From: Bacteroidales bacterium
GTDB lineage: Bacteria; Bacteroidota; Bacteroidia; Bacteroidales; UBA4417
DNA: 59,133 bases
Assembly (NCBI GenBank): GCA_038322655.1
Contig: JBBQGD010000002.1
Coordinates: 1-59,133, forward strand
Direction: 5' to 3'
Shown here: positions 38,110 to 47,073 of the stretch, one piece after another
How positions within the stretch are numbered: the stretch's first letter is position 1
Layout: every line of letters begins with the position of its first letter
Notes under the pieces: generated by a model
Seen by the model: only the letters and a program-made list of their open reading frames with translations
Database searches by the model: none
What the model was told of the DNA's origin: nothing
Program-made: the position numbers and the translations under genes

Positions 38110-40200
38110 ATGAAAGAAAAGTTACAAAACTCAGATCAAAGCACAAAAGCTGAAGGCCATATCCCCTTTTCACAGTTAGCGGCTTACGGCGCCGGTGGTA
38201 TTATTCCCATTGCCCTCTTTAATGTTGCCGGAATACTGGTCGGGCTTATGGGAAATATCAGTCTTGGGCTCAGTGCTTTCTGGCTGGGGGTTATCCTGAT
38301 TATTCCACGTTTGTGGGATGCCATTTCCGACCCGATTATAGGACATCTTTCGGATAACACCCGGACCCGTTGGGGAAGGCGGCGCCCTTACCTGCTCTTA
38401 GGAGGAATATTGGTTTCAGTCACTTTTGTGATTATGTGGTGGATACCAAAAGGTGAAATGGTACAAACATGGTTCCCGACTGATGCAAGCTATCACGCTT
38501 TTCAACTTGTTTACATCCTGATTACACTACTGTTATTTTTTACTGCAGTAAATATCTTCGAGATTCCTCACGGTGCCCTTGGCATGGAAATGACTACTGA
38601 TTCCCACGCCCGCACCCGCCTGTTCAGTGCTAAAAGCTTTGTCGGCAACTTGTTTGCCATGAGCACTCCCTGGCTTTTCGCTATTGCCAGCATGGAAATT
38701 TTCAAGGGACCCGGAGGTAATGAAGCCGATGGAATGCGCTATGTTTCCATTATGATCGCAGCCATTTTAATCCCTCTTTCGTTCTGGTGGTTTTTCAAAT
38801 TACGTGAGCCTGGATTTAAAAAAGTTAAACAGCAGGAAAAAACGCACTTCTGGAAAGATATGAAACTGGTTGTCTCAAACCGGAACTTTGTAATGCTTAC
38901 GCTGACGGTTTTTACTCTGGCCATGGGCTTTAACTTTGTGCAATTGCTCGGCTCCTATATCCCTATCTTTTATGTTTTTGGCGGCGATAAAGTTGCCGGT
39001 GCAACCATGCTTGGAATAAACGGAAGCGTTTGGGCCATTACAGGTGTGCTGGCTGTGTTTCCCCTGAATTGGATAAGTCCTAAACTGGGTAAACGAAGCA
39101 CCCTGGTCATAGCAATGGTTCTGATGAGCGTGGCACAACTTTCGAAGATAGTTTGTTATAACCCGGAATATCCTTACTTAATCCTTATTCCTACCGTTTT
39201 ATTATCAGCTGGCATGTTGTTTTTCTTCACACTTGGTTCATCAATGGTAGGAGATATTTGTGATGAAGATGAAATGAACACCGGAAAACGCTCTGAGGGA
39301 AGTTATTACGCTATTTTCTGGTGGTTTATAAAAATGGGAACTGCCTTTGCAAGTTTTGTTGCAGGTGCTTTGATTGTATTAACCATGTTTGATGCAGCAC
39401 AGGTTACTAAAGTTGATAGTTTGCAAGGGAATATCAGGGAACTGCGGAATAAGGTGCAAATATGGAACGGCGATGAGGGCTTTAACGGTATAACGGCATC
39501 GTTGCTCAAAACCACTCAAGAACAATGTAAAGATGCATTGGATGAGTCAAAAATCTATATTGCATTTCTTGAAAAAGAATCTGTAAAAAAAGATAACGAA
39601 GCAAATCAGAATATTGCTGCATACCAAAGTGATAGAAAATCAGCCTTGATGAATGCTCTATCCGAAACAAAGTTAACAGTCAACGGACTGGAGAACATTC
39701 AGTCGCGCCTGGATGCACTTGAACCTAATCCTCAGGACTCGGTGGTTAATAAACTTGCGAAAGAAGCAGTTGCTCTTACACTCCAGACCAAATTTGAAAA
39801 AGCGAAAGTGACTTCATTCGAACTTTTATCACACCTGGAATCCAAAGCGCTGGTGCCCAAAATGATTAAAAAAGAAGAAACAGATAAACACTATACCCAG
39901 ATTATGAAGGAAATTAAAGGAGTTGAAGAGCAAATTTCCAAAATTCAGACCTCCTCTTCGCTGGCATCCCTGTATAAAGATCTTGGAAGTATCGAAAAAG
40001 CTATCATGCCACTTACCCAGCAAACACCTTATACCCTTTTGATGATGCGCATTGTCGAAATCGGGTTACCATTCCTGCTGAGTTTGCTCGCTATTTTCAT
40101 CGTGCTCAAATACACACTTACTGAGAAACGATCATACGAAATTAAAGAGATTCTTAAGCAAAGAAATGCAGAGCAGGCAAACGGAGAAAATGGTGCTTAG
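38110..40200 (+). CDS. Glycoside-pentoside-hexuronide (GPH) / MFS sugar:cation symporter with a large insertion before the last TM helix
   Basis: 696 aa. GPH loop 2-3 motif (DPIIGHLSDNTRTRWGRRRPY). I count 11 TM segments up to aa ~427, then ~210 hydrophilic residues, then one final TM helix (LLMMRIVEIGLPFLLSLLAIFIVL). Confidence 0.8.
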   Translation: MKEKLQNSDQSTKAEGHIPFSQLAAYGAGGIIPIALFNVAGILVGLMGNISLGLSAFWLGVILIIPRLWDAISDPIIGHLSDNTRTRWGRRRPYLLLGGILVSVTFVIMWWIPKGEMVQTWFPTDASYHAFQLVYILITLLLFFTAVNIFEIPHGALGMEMTTDSHARTRLFSAKSFVGNLFAMSTPWLFAIASMEIFKGPGGNEADGMRYVSIMIAAILIPLSFWWFFKLREPGFKKVKQQEKTHFWKDMKLVVSNRNFVMLTLTVFTLAMGFNFVQLLGSYIPIFYVFGGDKVAGATMLGINGSVWAITGVLAVFPLNWISPKLGKRSTLVIAMVLMSVAQLSKIVCYNPEYPYLILIPTVLLSAGMLFFFTLGSSMVGDICDEDEMNTGKRSEGSYYAIFWWFIKMGTAFASFVAGALIVLTMFDAAQVTKVDSLQGNIRELRNKVQIWNGDEGFNGITASLLKTTQEQCKDALDESKIYIAFLEKESVKKDNEANQNIAAYQSDRKSALMNALSETKLTVNGLENIQSRLDALEPNPQDSVVNKLAKEAVALTLQTKFEKAKVTSFELLSHLESKALVPKMIKKEETDKHYTQIMKEIKGVEEQISKIQTSSSLASLYKDLGSIEKAIMPLTQQTPYTLLMMRIVEIGLPFLLSLLAIFIVLKYTLTEKRSYEIKEILKQRNAEQANGENGA

Positions 40201-40295
40201 GAACCAACAAAAGGCTAAATTCTGTATTAACAGATGCTAAGTGCATGGAAACAAGAATCTGGAAACTGGAACGAAAACATTAAAAAATACTTAAA

Positions 40296-42728
40296 ATGAC
40301 ATTTACCATCAAAGAAGATAGTTTCTACCTCAACGATAAAAAGGTATTTCTCAATTCGGGAGAAATTCATTATTTCAGGATTAAGCGCGAACTGTGGGAT
40401 AAACATCTGGATGCAGCCAAAGAGGCCGGGCTGACCACCGTGAGCTCTTATGTTCCATGGGCATGGCACGAATACGAGGAAGGCGTTTTCGATTTTAACG
40501 GCACGTCACTCCCGGAACGCGACCTGCAAGGCTGGCTCGATCGCTGCCAGGCTCACGGGTTAAATTGCATCGTAAAGCCAGGGCCATTTATACTGGCTGA
40601 AACCCGCGGAGCCGGTTTACCAAATTGGTTTTTGGAACAATACGCTGACGATGTAAAAATGCGAAAAAGCAAAGGCGAAAAAGTCGCCAGCGACGGCGTA
40701 AGCCTTTTCAACCCGATTTACCTGGAAAAAGTGGCGCTTTGGTACGATCACATCATGCCCTTTATTAGCAGGCATCAATTATCAGCCGGTGGCAATATAA
40801 TCATGATGCAGATTTGCAATGAGATCGGTGTTTTTTCGTGGCTGGCGCACCAGGGCGATTATTGCCCCATCGTGAAGGATCATTTCGGCTCGTACTTATC
40901 CAAAAAGTTTACCAGCATCAGCGAAGTAAATAATTTATGGGGGACTAATTATAAAGACTTTGCCGGGGTTGAACTTCCTCCCGATGGCAACCTTCCTTAT
41001 GCCTCGAAGAATGACCGTGGCCGCGATTATGAATGGCATTTATTCTGGAGAACCTATTATGGCGACTATCTTCGGTTACTGACTCACATGACCAGGGACC
41101 GTGGCGTTACACTTCCATTGTATCACAATCTTCCGGGCTGGATTTATGGCAACGGATATGAATTCCCGGTGAACATCACCATGTATGAGGATTTATTTGA
41201 AGATAAAAGCGAGATTATTTTCGGGGTCGATCACATTCCCGAATTCTTCTCGTACCGTAACCTGCACGACGACCGTATAATTAATGATATAACTTTAGCC
41301 ATGCAGGGCGACAAGCCCTTGTTTGCTGCCGAATTCCAGTGCGGCTCGCGCGAACATCATGTGGAGACAAATCCCCGCGAGATGGAACTCTTTTATAAAG
41401 CAAGCATTGCCAATGGACTGGTCGGTTGGAACTATTATATGTTTTCGCAGGGACGCAACCTGAGACATAAAGGATATTCAGGTGATACTTTTTACTGGTT
41501 CAATCCTCTTACTCCTGAAGCAGAGCGCACAAGCGCTTTTCCTTTGGTTAAGAGAATGAACCAGGTTTTAAACACATCCGAAAGCATTATTGTGACAGCA
41601 AAGCGCAAAGCCGAGGTTTGTGTCCTTTTCTATCCTCCATATTACGCTACTGAACTTGAACGGCCCGAAACGGGAAAATCCGAATTAAAATTCAATGTAT
41701 CCGCCATCCGCAGACCTGCTTATTTTGACGGATTGCTCAAAGTCCTCCAGATTCTTAATATCGATTATGATATGGCTGATCTGAATAAAGCTACAGCTGA
41801 TTCACTGGCAAAATATAAACAAGTTTGGGCTTTCAGCACCGATGAAATGAATGCTGCAGCGCAACAAACCATTGTTGACTATACTCTTGCCGGCGGCAAC
41901 CTGGTACTTTTCCCCTACCTGCCTGATCGTGAAATGTCGCAGAAACCTTGCACCATTATTCGCGATGCACTGGCAATTGCACCTTCCGGAAGCGAAACTA
42001 TTGATTCCCCTTTGATTGATGTGTATGACCTGAAAGATATCAAGTGTGCCAATCCGCAAAGCATTTTTTCAGAAGAATCATTAGCCGGGGCGGAAATTAT
42101 TGCACGCACCATCCGGGGTTCTGTCTGCGGATTCTCAAAAACCCTGGGAAAAGGAACATTTATTCACGTGGGAACATGGATTGGATTCGACACCGAAGGT
42201 CAGAAACCGGTTTATGAAGCGCTTCTGAATCAATCTGAAGCAAAGCTCAGGCAGGCTGATTCCGATAATTATCACATCAATGTAAGGCAAAGATTCACGA
42301 ATGAAAAATCTGCCATTCTGTTTATAGGGAATTACTATAACGAAGAGCATACAGGTAAGGTAACCTATACCCATCCAGCCAGCGGTGAGATGATTTCAAT
42401 TCCTTATTCAAAGGAAAAAATGTTGTGGCCTCCTCTTTACGGTGTGTTAACTCCAATATGTATCAGTGTTAATGACGATTTGAAGATTCTTCACAGCACT
42501 TCTGATATTCTTAAAATTGATCTGGCAAACAAAAATCCGAAAATTACCCTTTACGGGGATCGTGACCTGGCCGGAGAAATTGTTTTTGAAGGCCCCGGAA
42601 TAAAAAGGATCAGTTCTGCCACCATGGATGGCAAATCTATGAGAATAATGCGTGACGAAAAACGGATTGCATTTATTTATAGTCACATACACAATGCTGA
42701 AATGGTTATGAATGTTATGATCAAATAA
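40296..42728 (+). CDS. Cytoplasmic GH35-like glycosidase / transglycosylase
   Basis: 810 aa with no signal peptide. GH35-type N-terminus (FYLNDKKVFLNSGEIHYFRI), candidate acid/base in MMQICNEIG, candidate nucleophile in PLFAAEFQCG. Confidence 0.7.
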   Translation: MTFTIKEDSFYLNDKKVFLNSGEIHYFRIKRELWDKHLDAAKEAGLTTVSSYVPWAWHEYEEGVFDFNGTSLPERDLQGWLDRCQAHGLNCIVKPGPFILAETRGAGLPNWFLEQYADDVKMRKSKGEKVASDGVSLFNPIYLEKVALWYDHIMPFISRHQLSAGGNIIMMQICNEIGVFSWLAHQGDYCPIVKDHFGSYLSKKFTSISEVNNLWGTNYKDFAGVELPPDGNLPYASKNDRGRDYEWHLFWRTYYGDYLRLLTHMTRDRGVTLPLYHNLPGWIYGNGYEFPVNITMYEDLFEDKSEIIFGVDHIPEFFSYRNLHDDRIINDITLAMQGDKPLFAAEFQCGSREHHVETNPREMELFYKASIANGLVGWNYYMFSQGRNLRHKGYSGDTFYWFNPLTPEAERTSAFPLVKRMNQVLNTSESIIVTAKRKAEVCVLFYPPYYATELERPETGKSELKFNVSAIRRPAYFDGLLKVLQILNIDYDMADLNKATADSLAKYKQVWAFSTDEMNAAAQQTIVDYTLAGGNLVLFPYLPDREMSQKPCTIIRDALAIAPSGSETIDSPLIDVYDLKDIKCANPQSIFSEESLAGAEIIARTIRGSVCGFSKTLGKGTFIHVGTWIGFDTEGQKPVYEALLNQSEAKLRQADSDNYHINVRQRFTNEKSAILFIGNYYNEEHTGKVTYTHPASGEMISIPYSKEKMLWPPLYGVLTPICISVNDDLKILHSTSDILKIDLANKNPKITLYGDRDLAGEIVFEGPGIKRISSATMDGKSMRIMRDEKRIAFIYSHIHNAEMVMNVMIK

Positions 42729-42836
42729 TCAAGAAGCTTTACAGAGAATCCAAATATATCTGTCACCCTTTAAAATCTTGAAATGAATTAATAAGAAGTA
42801 CCTAAAATGTCACAAAAATTCAACTGATTAAAAGTC

Positions 42837-43661
42837 ATGAACAAAACCAAAATACTTTTAGTTAAAGGCATCTCTATAGCAACTATAGTAATAGGAGACG
42901 AAGCATATATTTCCATCACAGATATTGCCAGAAATAAAAATGCTTCAGAACCTAAAGATGTAGTTAAGAATTGGTTGCGTTCAAAAACAACTATTGAGTT
43001 TCTTGGAATTTGGGAACAATTGTATAACCCCGACTTCAAAGGGGTCGAATTCGACTCCTTTCTCTATGAAGCTGGGAGTAACTCTTTTACACTTTCCCCA
43101 TCAAAATGGATTGAAGCCACAAATGCAAGAGGAATTATTTCCAAGGCGGGGCAAAACGGCGGCACATACGCCCACAAAGACATTGCTTTTGAATTCGCTT
43201 CCTGGGTGAGTTCGGGATTCAAACTTTACCTGATTAAAGAATTCCAAAGGCTTAAGGCAGAAGAAAATGAACGTCTGCAACTCAATTGGAACCTTCAGAG
43301 AACCCTGGCTAAAGTGAATTATCATATTCATACGGATGCGATTCAGGAAAACCTGATTCCAATAGAATTGACAAAACAACAAATCAGTTTTGTATATGCA
43401 AACGAAGCTGATATGCTCAATATGGCACTGTTCGGAACGACAGCCCGTGAATGGCGTAAGGAAAATCCGCTAATTGAAGGTAATATCAGGGATTTGGCTT
43501 CTATAGAACAACTGGTTGTGCTATCCAATATGGAAAGTATAAATGCAGTTCTTATCCATCAGGGCATAATACAAAGTGAACGATTATTTCAATTAAATAA
43601 AATTGCCATTACCCAAATGAAATCATTGGTTGGGAATAAAAATTTAAGAAAATTGAAATAA
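42837..43661 (+). CDS. KilA-N domain DNA-binding protein
   Basis: 274 aa. YISITDIARNKN....VKNWLRSKTTIEFLGIWEQLYNP....YAHKDIAFEFASWVS matches my memory of the Bacteroidota KilA-N family. By eye the gene is more AT-rich than its neighbours. Confidence 0.7.
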   Translation: MNKTKILLVKGISIATIVIGDEAYISITDIARNKNASEPKDVVKNWLRSKTTIEFLGIWEQLYNPDFKGVEFDSFLYEAGSNSFTLSPSKWIEATNARGIISKAGQNGGTYAHKDIAFEFASWVSSGFKLYLIKEFQRLKAEENERLQLNWNLQRTLAKVNYHIHTDAIQENLIPIELTKQQISFVYANEADMLNMALFGTTAREWRKENPLIEGNIRDLASIEQLVVLSNMESINAVLIHQGIIQSERLFQLNKIAITQMKSLVGNKNLRKLK

Positions 43662-43692
43662 GTATCGAAATCTAATTAGTATAAACAAAAAA

Positions 43693-46600
43693 ATGGAAAT
43701 CAAAAATTCATCCGGTCTTAAATTCAGTTTCCTTGGGAACGGCTCAGTGCAACATATTGAGGTTGACCCTATACGGATCAGCCTGAAAGCCACAACCCCT
43801 TTTTCAAAATCAGGAGCAAATATTTACCTGCGAAAAAGGACAAATCCTGTTGAATTCAAAGCCCTTTTAGGCCCGGAGAGTAGCAGCCATTTCCAGGTTA
43901 AGGATAACACTTTTATTGCCCAAGGCACCTGGAATAGCCTCGAATATGTTTGTACACTTCAACTTTCGCCAAAGAGTTTGAGTTGGCAATGGAGCATTGA
44001 TATTCAAAATACAACTCCTGATAGCGTTGAACTTGACGTGATTTGCGTTCAGAACGTCGGACTAAAACCAATATCAAACGGTTTGGTAAACGAATATTAT
44101 GTCAGCCAGTACCTGGAGCGCCTTATTCTTGCCGACAAGCAGTATGGATCTGTGCTTTGTTGCCGCCAGAATACGGAAGAATCAGTTGGCAATCCATGGC
44201 TGATGCTGGCATGCAAAAACGGTGCTGCCTCTGCAAGTACAGATGGAATGCAGTTTTTGGGCAAAACATTCCGTGAAACCGGAATTCCGAAGGGTCTGAT
44301 GAAAACCAAACTGGGAGGTGAATATTCAGGTGAACTCTCAATGGTTGCTTTGCAGGAGAATCCATTCACCCTGGCTGCGAATGAAAAACACAAAAGTGTT
44401 TTTGTAGCTTCATATTTGCCTGACCACCCTGCGGCAACCTCGGTTATAGATTTACAGCTACTCCCTGACCTGGTGAAGGAATTTCACGACGAAATTCAAA
44501 CTTATGATCAAAGTGAGTTTTTATTACCTGAAACTAACATATTCAATACATCGGCTTTTTTACAGGTTGATGATCTCAATGAGGAAGAAATAAACGAGTT
44601 TTTTGACCCCAACCGGCGGCATAGCGAAGTTGAAAACGGAAAACTATTGTCATTTTTTTATGGTCAGAATAACCATGTAATGCTGCGTGCCAAAGAACTA
44701 TTGACTGACCGACCGCATGGTCATATTCTGCAAGCCGAAGCCGGTTATAAAGCCGATGAAAATATTGTTTCAACAACCGCTTACGCATTCGGGGCTTTTA
44801 ACTCTCATGTAACACAAGGCAATACCAACTTCAACATTTTTCTATCTGTTGTCACCAGCCAATTCAACGATTCGCCCGAAACAGGACAGAGAATATTTGT
44901 TGAAATTGAAGGCCAACGCTATTTACTCGGTGTTCCGTCAGCATTTGAAATGGGTCTGAACCATTGCCGTTGGATTTATAAATCCGGTTCAACTATTTTC
45001 CAGGTTCGTACCTGGACTTCAAAAACCTCTCCCAGGGTCAACATGGATTTTAAAGTACTTAGCGGCAAAAAAGTTAAATTGCTCATCACAAACCATTTTG
45101 ACGAAAGCAATGGTTGGACAGTTGCTCCCGGAACTGAGAAAGATGAGTTTATTTCCAGGCCCAAAGCAGGGAGCATGATCGCTGACAAATTCCCAAAGGC
45201 ACAATTTCGCATAATTATAAACAGCAATTCCGGGTTTTTAATAACTGGTGGCGAAGCTCTCTATACAAACCGTAAAAGCCATGATGATTCATTTTTTGTG
45301 ATCTCGGTAAACGAAACTACTGAATTTTGCATGAGCTTTATTGGTGAGGTTTGTAAAACTGCGAATATTGAAAAAATCAAAAATGCAGACAATCAATTTA
45401 CTGCTGATTGCCTTGATGCACAATCCGGTTTGAATGATATGAGTTTAAACCTTTCTCTGAAAGGAAACCAGGAGAATACTGCTGCAATACAGGAAATTCT
45501 CCCTTGGTTTTGTATGAATGCGGTTACCCATTTCCTTACCCCACACGGACTGGAGCAATTTGGCGGGGCTGCATGGGGAACACGCGATGTTTCGCAAGGC
45601 CCTTTCGACTTGTTATTGACTATACAAAAATATGATGAAGCAAAACAAGTGCTCCGGACCATCTTCTCGAACCAGAATACATTTGGCGACTGGCCGCAAT
45701 GGTGGATGTTCGACAGCTATTTTAACATTCGTGCCAGCGACTGCCATGGCGATGTGTATTACTGGTGCATCATTGCACTCAGCAGCTACATAAAAGTGAC
45801 AGGCGATGTGAAATTCCTTGAAGAGGTTTTACCATACTATCATGAAAATGGGGTTGCCCATGCTGAGAAAACTCCGCTGAATGAACATCTCGACCGGCTG
45901 ATTAAAATGATAGTAGATTCCTTTATTCCCGGCACTGCACTGGTGCCTTTCGGAGGTGGCGACTGGAATGATTCGCTGCAACCGGTCAGCAAGGATCTGG
46001 CTTCGCGTATGATTTCAAGCTGGACTGTTGAAATGAACTACCAGGCTTTTTCTGAATATCAATTTGTTTATCAAAAAGCTGCAAATACTGAAAAGGCAAA
46101 TGAATTAAAAGATATCTGTACGCGAATAAAATCTGATTTTAACAAATACCTCATCAGTGATGGTGTAGTTGCCGGCTACGGCCTGGTTGAAAAAGATGGC
46201 AGCATAAGTATATTGTTGCATCCCAGAGATACTACAACAGGCATACATTACAGCATACTGCCCATGGATCGCGGTGTAATCAGTGGAATTTTCACAAAAG
46301 AACAGGCTCTGTATCACCAGAATTTAATTGAACAACATTTGAAAGGCCCTGATGGTGCCCGCCTTATGGATCGTCCTCTCAAATACAAAGGAGGCATTCA
46401 GACTATTTTCCAGCGGGCAGAAAGCAGCACTTTCTTTGGTCGCGAAATTGGTCTGATGTATGTTCATGAGCATATTCGTTATGCTGAATCACAGGCAATG
46501 CTGGGCAATGCTGATGCATTTGTAAAAGCACTCCGGCAGGCAAATCCTGTCAGTTACCGCGACGTGGTTTCCTGCGGCGATATTCGCCAGGCCAACTGCT

Positions 46601-47034
46601 ATTACAGCAGTTCGGATGTTGCTTTTAAGAGTCGTTACGACGCTGACGAACGCTACGATGAGATCAAAACCGGGCAGATTACACTCAGGGGTGGATGGCG
46701 GGTATATTCCAGCGGACCCGGGATTTATATTTCACTGGTTATTTCCCGCTTACTTGGGTTACGGACCGAAGCAGGAAAAATAATTTTAGATCCTGTCATT
46801 CCGCATTCAATGGATGGGCTATCAGCCTCAATCAATTTTATGGGTCATGATACAACAATTCGATATGCCGTAAAAGCAGACAGTTTTAGTCCAAAAATGA
46901 TAACTATTAACGCAAAGGCTGTTCCATTCACTCACGAAGAAAATAAATACCGCAAGGGAGGTGCAGTTATTCCTTTTGAACTGTTTTTATCCTTGTTAAA
47001 TTTTCAGGGTAATGTTATAGAGATTGAATTGTAG
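43693..47034 (+). CDS. Cytoplasmic GH94-like glycoside phosphorylase (candidate 1,2-beta-oligoglucan phosphorylase)
   Basis: 1113 aa with no signal peptide. GGGDWNDSLQP matches the catalytic-Asp motif (DWND) of GH94 phosphorylases. Its size is similar to the ~1.1-kDa-residue sophoro-oligosaccharide phosphorylases and larger than cellobiose phosphorylases. Confidence 0.65.
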   Translation: MEIKNSSGLKFSFLGNGSVQHIEVDPIRISLKATTPFSKSGANIYLRKRTNPVEFKALLGPESSSHFQVKDNTFIAQGTWNSLEYVCTLQLSPKSLSWQWSIDIQNTTPDSVELDVICVQNVGLKPISNGLVNEYYVSQYLERLILADKQYGSVLCCRQNTEESVGNPWLMLACKNGAASASTDGMQFLGKTFRETGIPKGLMKTKLGGEYSGELSMVALQENPFTLAANEKHKSVFVASYLPDHPAATSVIDLQLLPDLVKEFHDEIQTYDQSEFLLPETNIFNTSAFLQVDDLNEEEINEFFDPNRRHSEVENGKLLSFFYGQNNHVMLRAKELLTDRPHGHILQAEAGYKADENIVSTTAYAFGAFNSHVTQGNTNFNIFLSVVTSQFNDSPETGQRIFVEIEGQRYLLGVPSAFEMGLNHCRWIYKSGSTIFQVRTWTSKTSPRVNMDFKVLSGKKVKLLITNHFDESNGWTVAPGTEKDEFISRPKAGSMIADKFPKAQFRIIINSNSGFLITGGEALYTNRKSHDDSFFVISVNETTEFCMSFIGEVCKTANIEKIKNADNQFTADCLDAQSGLNDMSLNLSLKGNQENTAAIQEILPWFCMNAVTHFLTPHGLEQFGGAAWGTRDVSQGPFDLLLTIQKYDEAKQVLRTIFSNQNTFGDWPQWWMFDSYFNIRASDCHGDVYYWCIIALSSYIKVTGDVKFLEEVLPYYHENGVAHAEKTPLNEHLDRLIKMIVDSFIPGTALVPFGGGDWNDSLQPVSKDLASRMISSWTVEMNYQAFSEYQFVYQKAANTEKANELKDICTRIKSDFNKYLISDGVVAGYGLVEKDGSISILLHPRDTTTGIHYSILPMDRGVISGIFTKEQALYHQNLIEQHLKGPDGARLMDRPLKYKGGIQTIFQRAESSTFFGREIGLMYVHEHIRYAESQAMLGNADAFVKALRQANPVSYRDVVSCGDIRQANCYYSSSDVAFKSRYDADERYDEIKTGQITLRGGWRVYSSGPGIYISLVISRLLGLRTEAGKIILDPVIPHSMDGLSASINFMGHDTTIRYAVKADSFSPKMITINAKAVPFTHEENKYRKGGAVIPFELFLSLLNFQGNVIEIEL

Positions 47035-47073
47035 CTGCATTTGCTGATAAGTGTTTAATTAACTCAATCGGAG

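Noticed and set aside
40296-42728. Reading the GH35-like gene as evidence that the locus targets galactans
   Set aside because: The protein lacks a signal peptide. It sits with a phosphorylase and five GH144-like genes, and no other galactan-specific families (GH53, GH2, GH42) are present. The beta-1,2-glucoside-acting GH35 precedent fits better, but this remains to be tested.
42728-43693. KilA-N gene as a marker of a prophage or integrative element
   Set aside because: No integrase, recombinase, tRNA attachment site, phage structural genes or flanking direct repeats are present. Only a solitary gene insertion can be supported.
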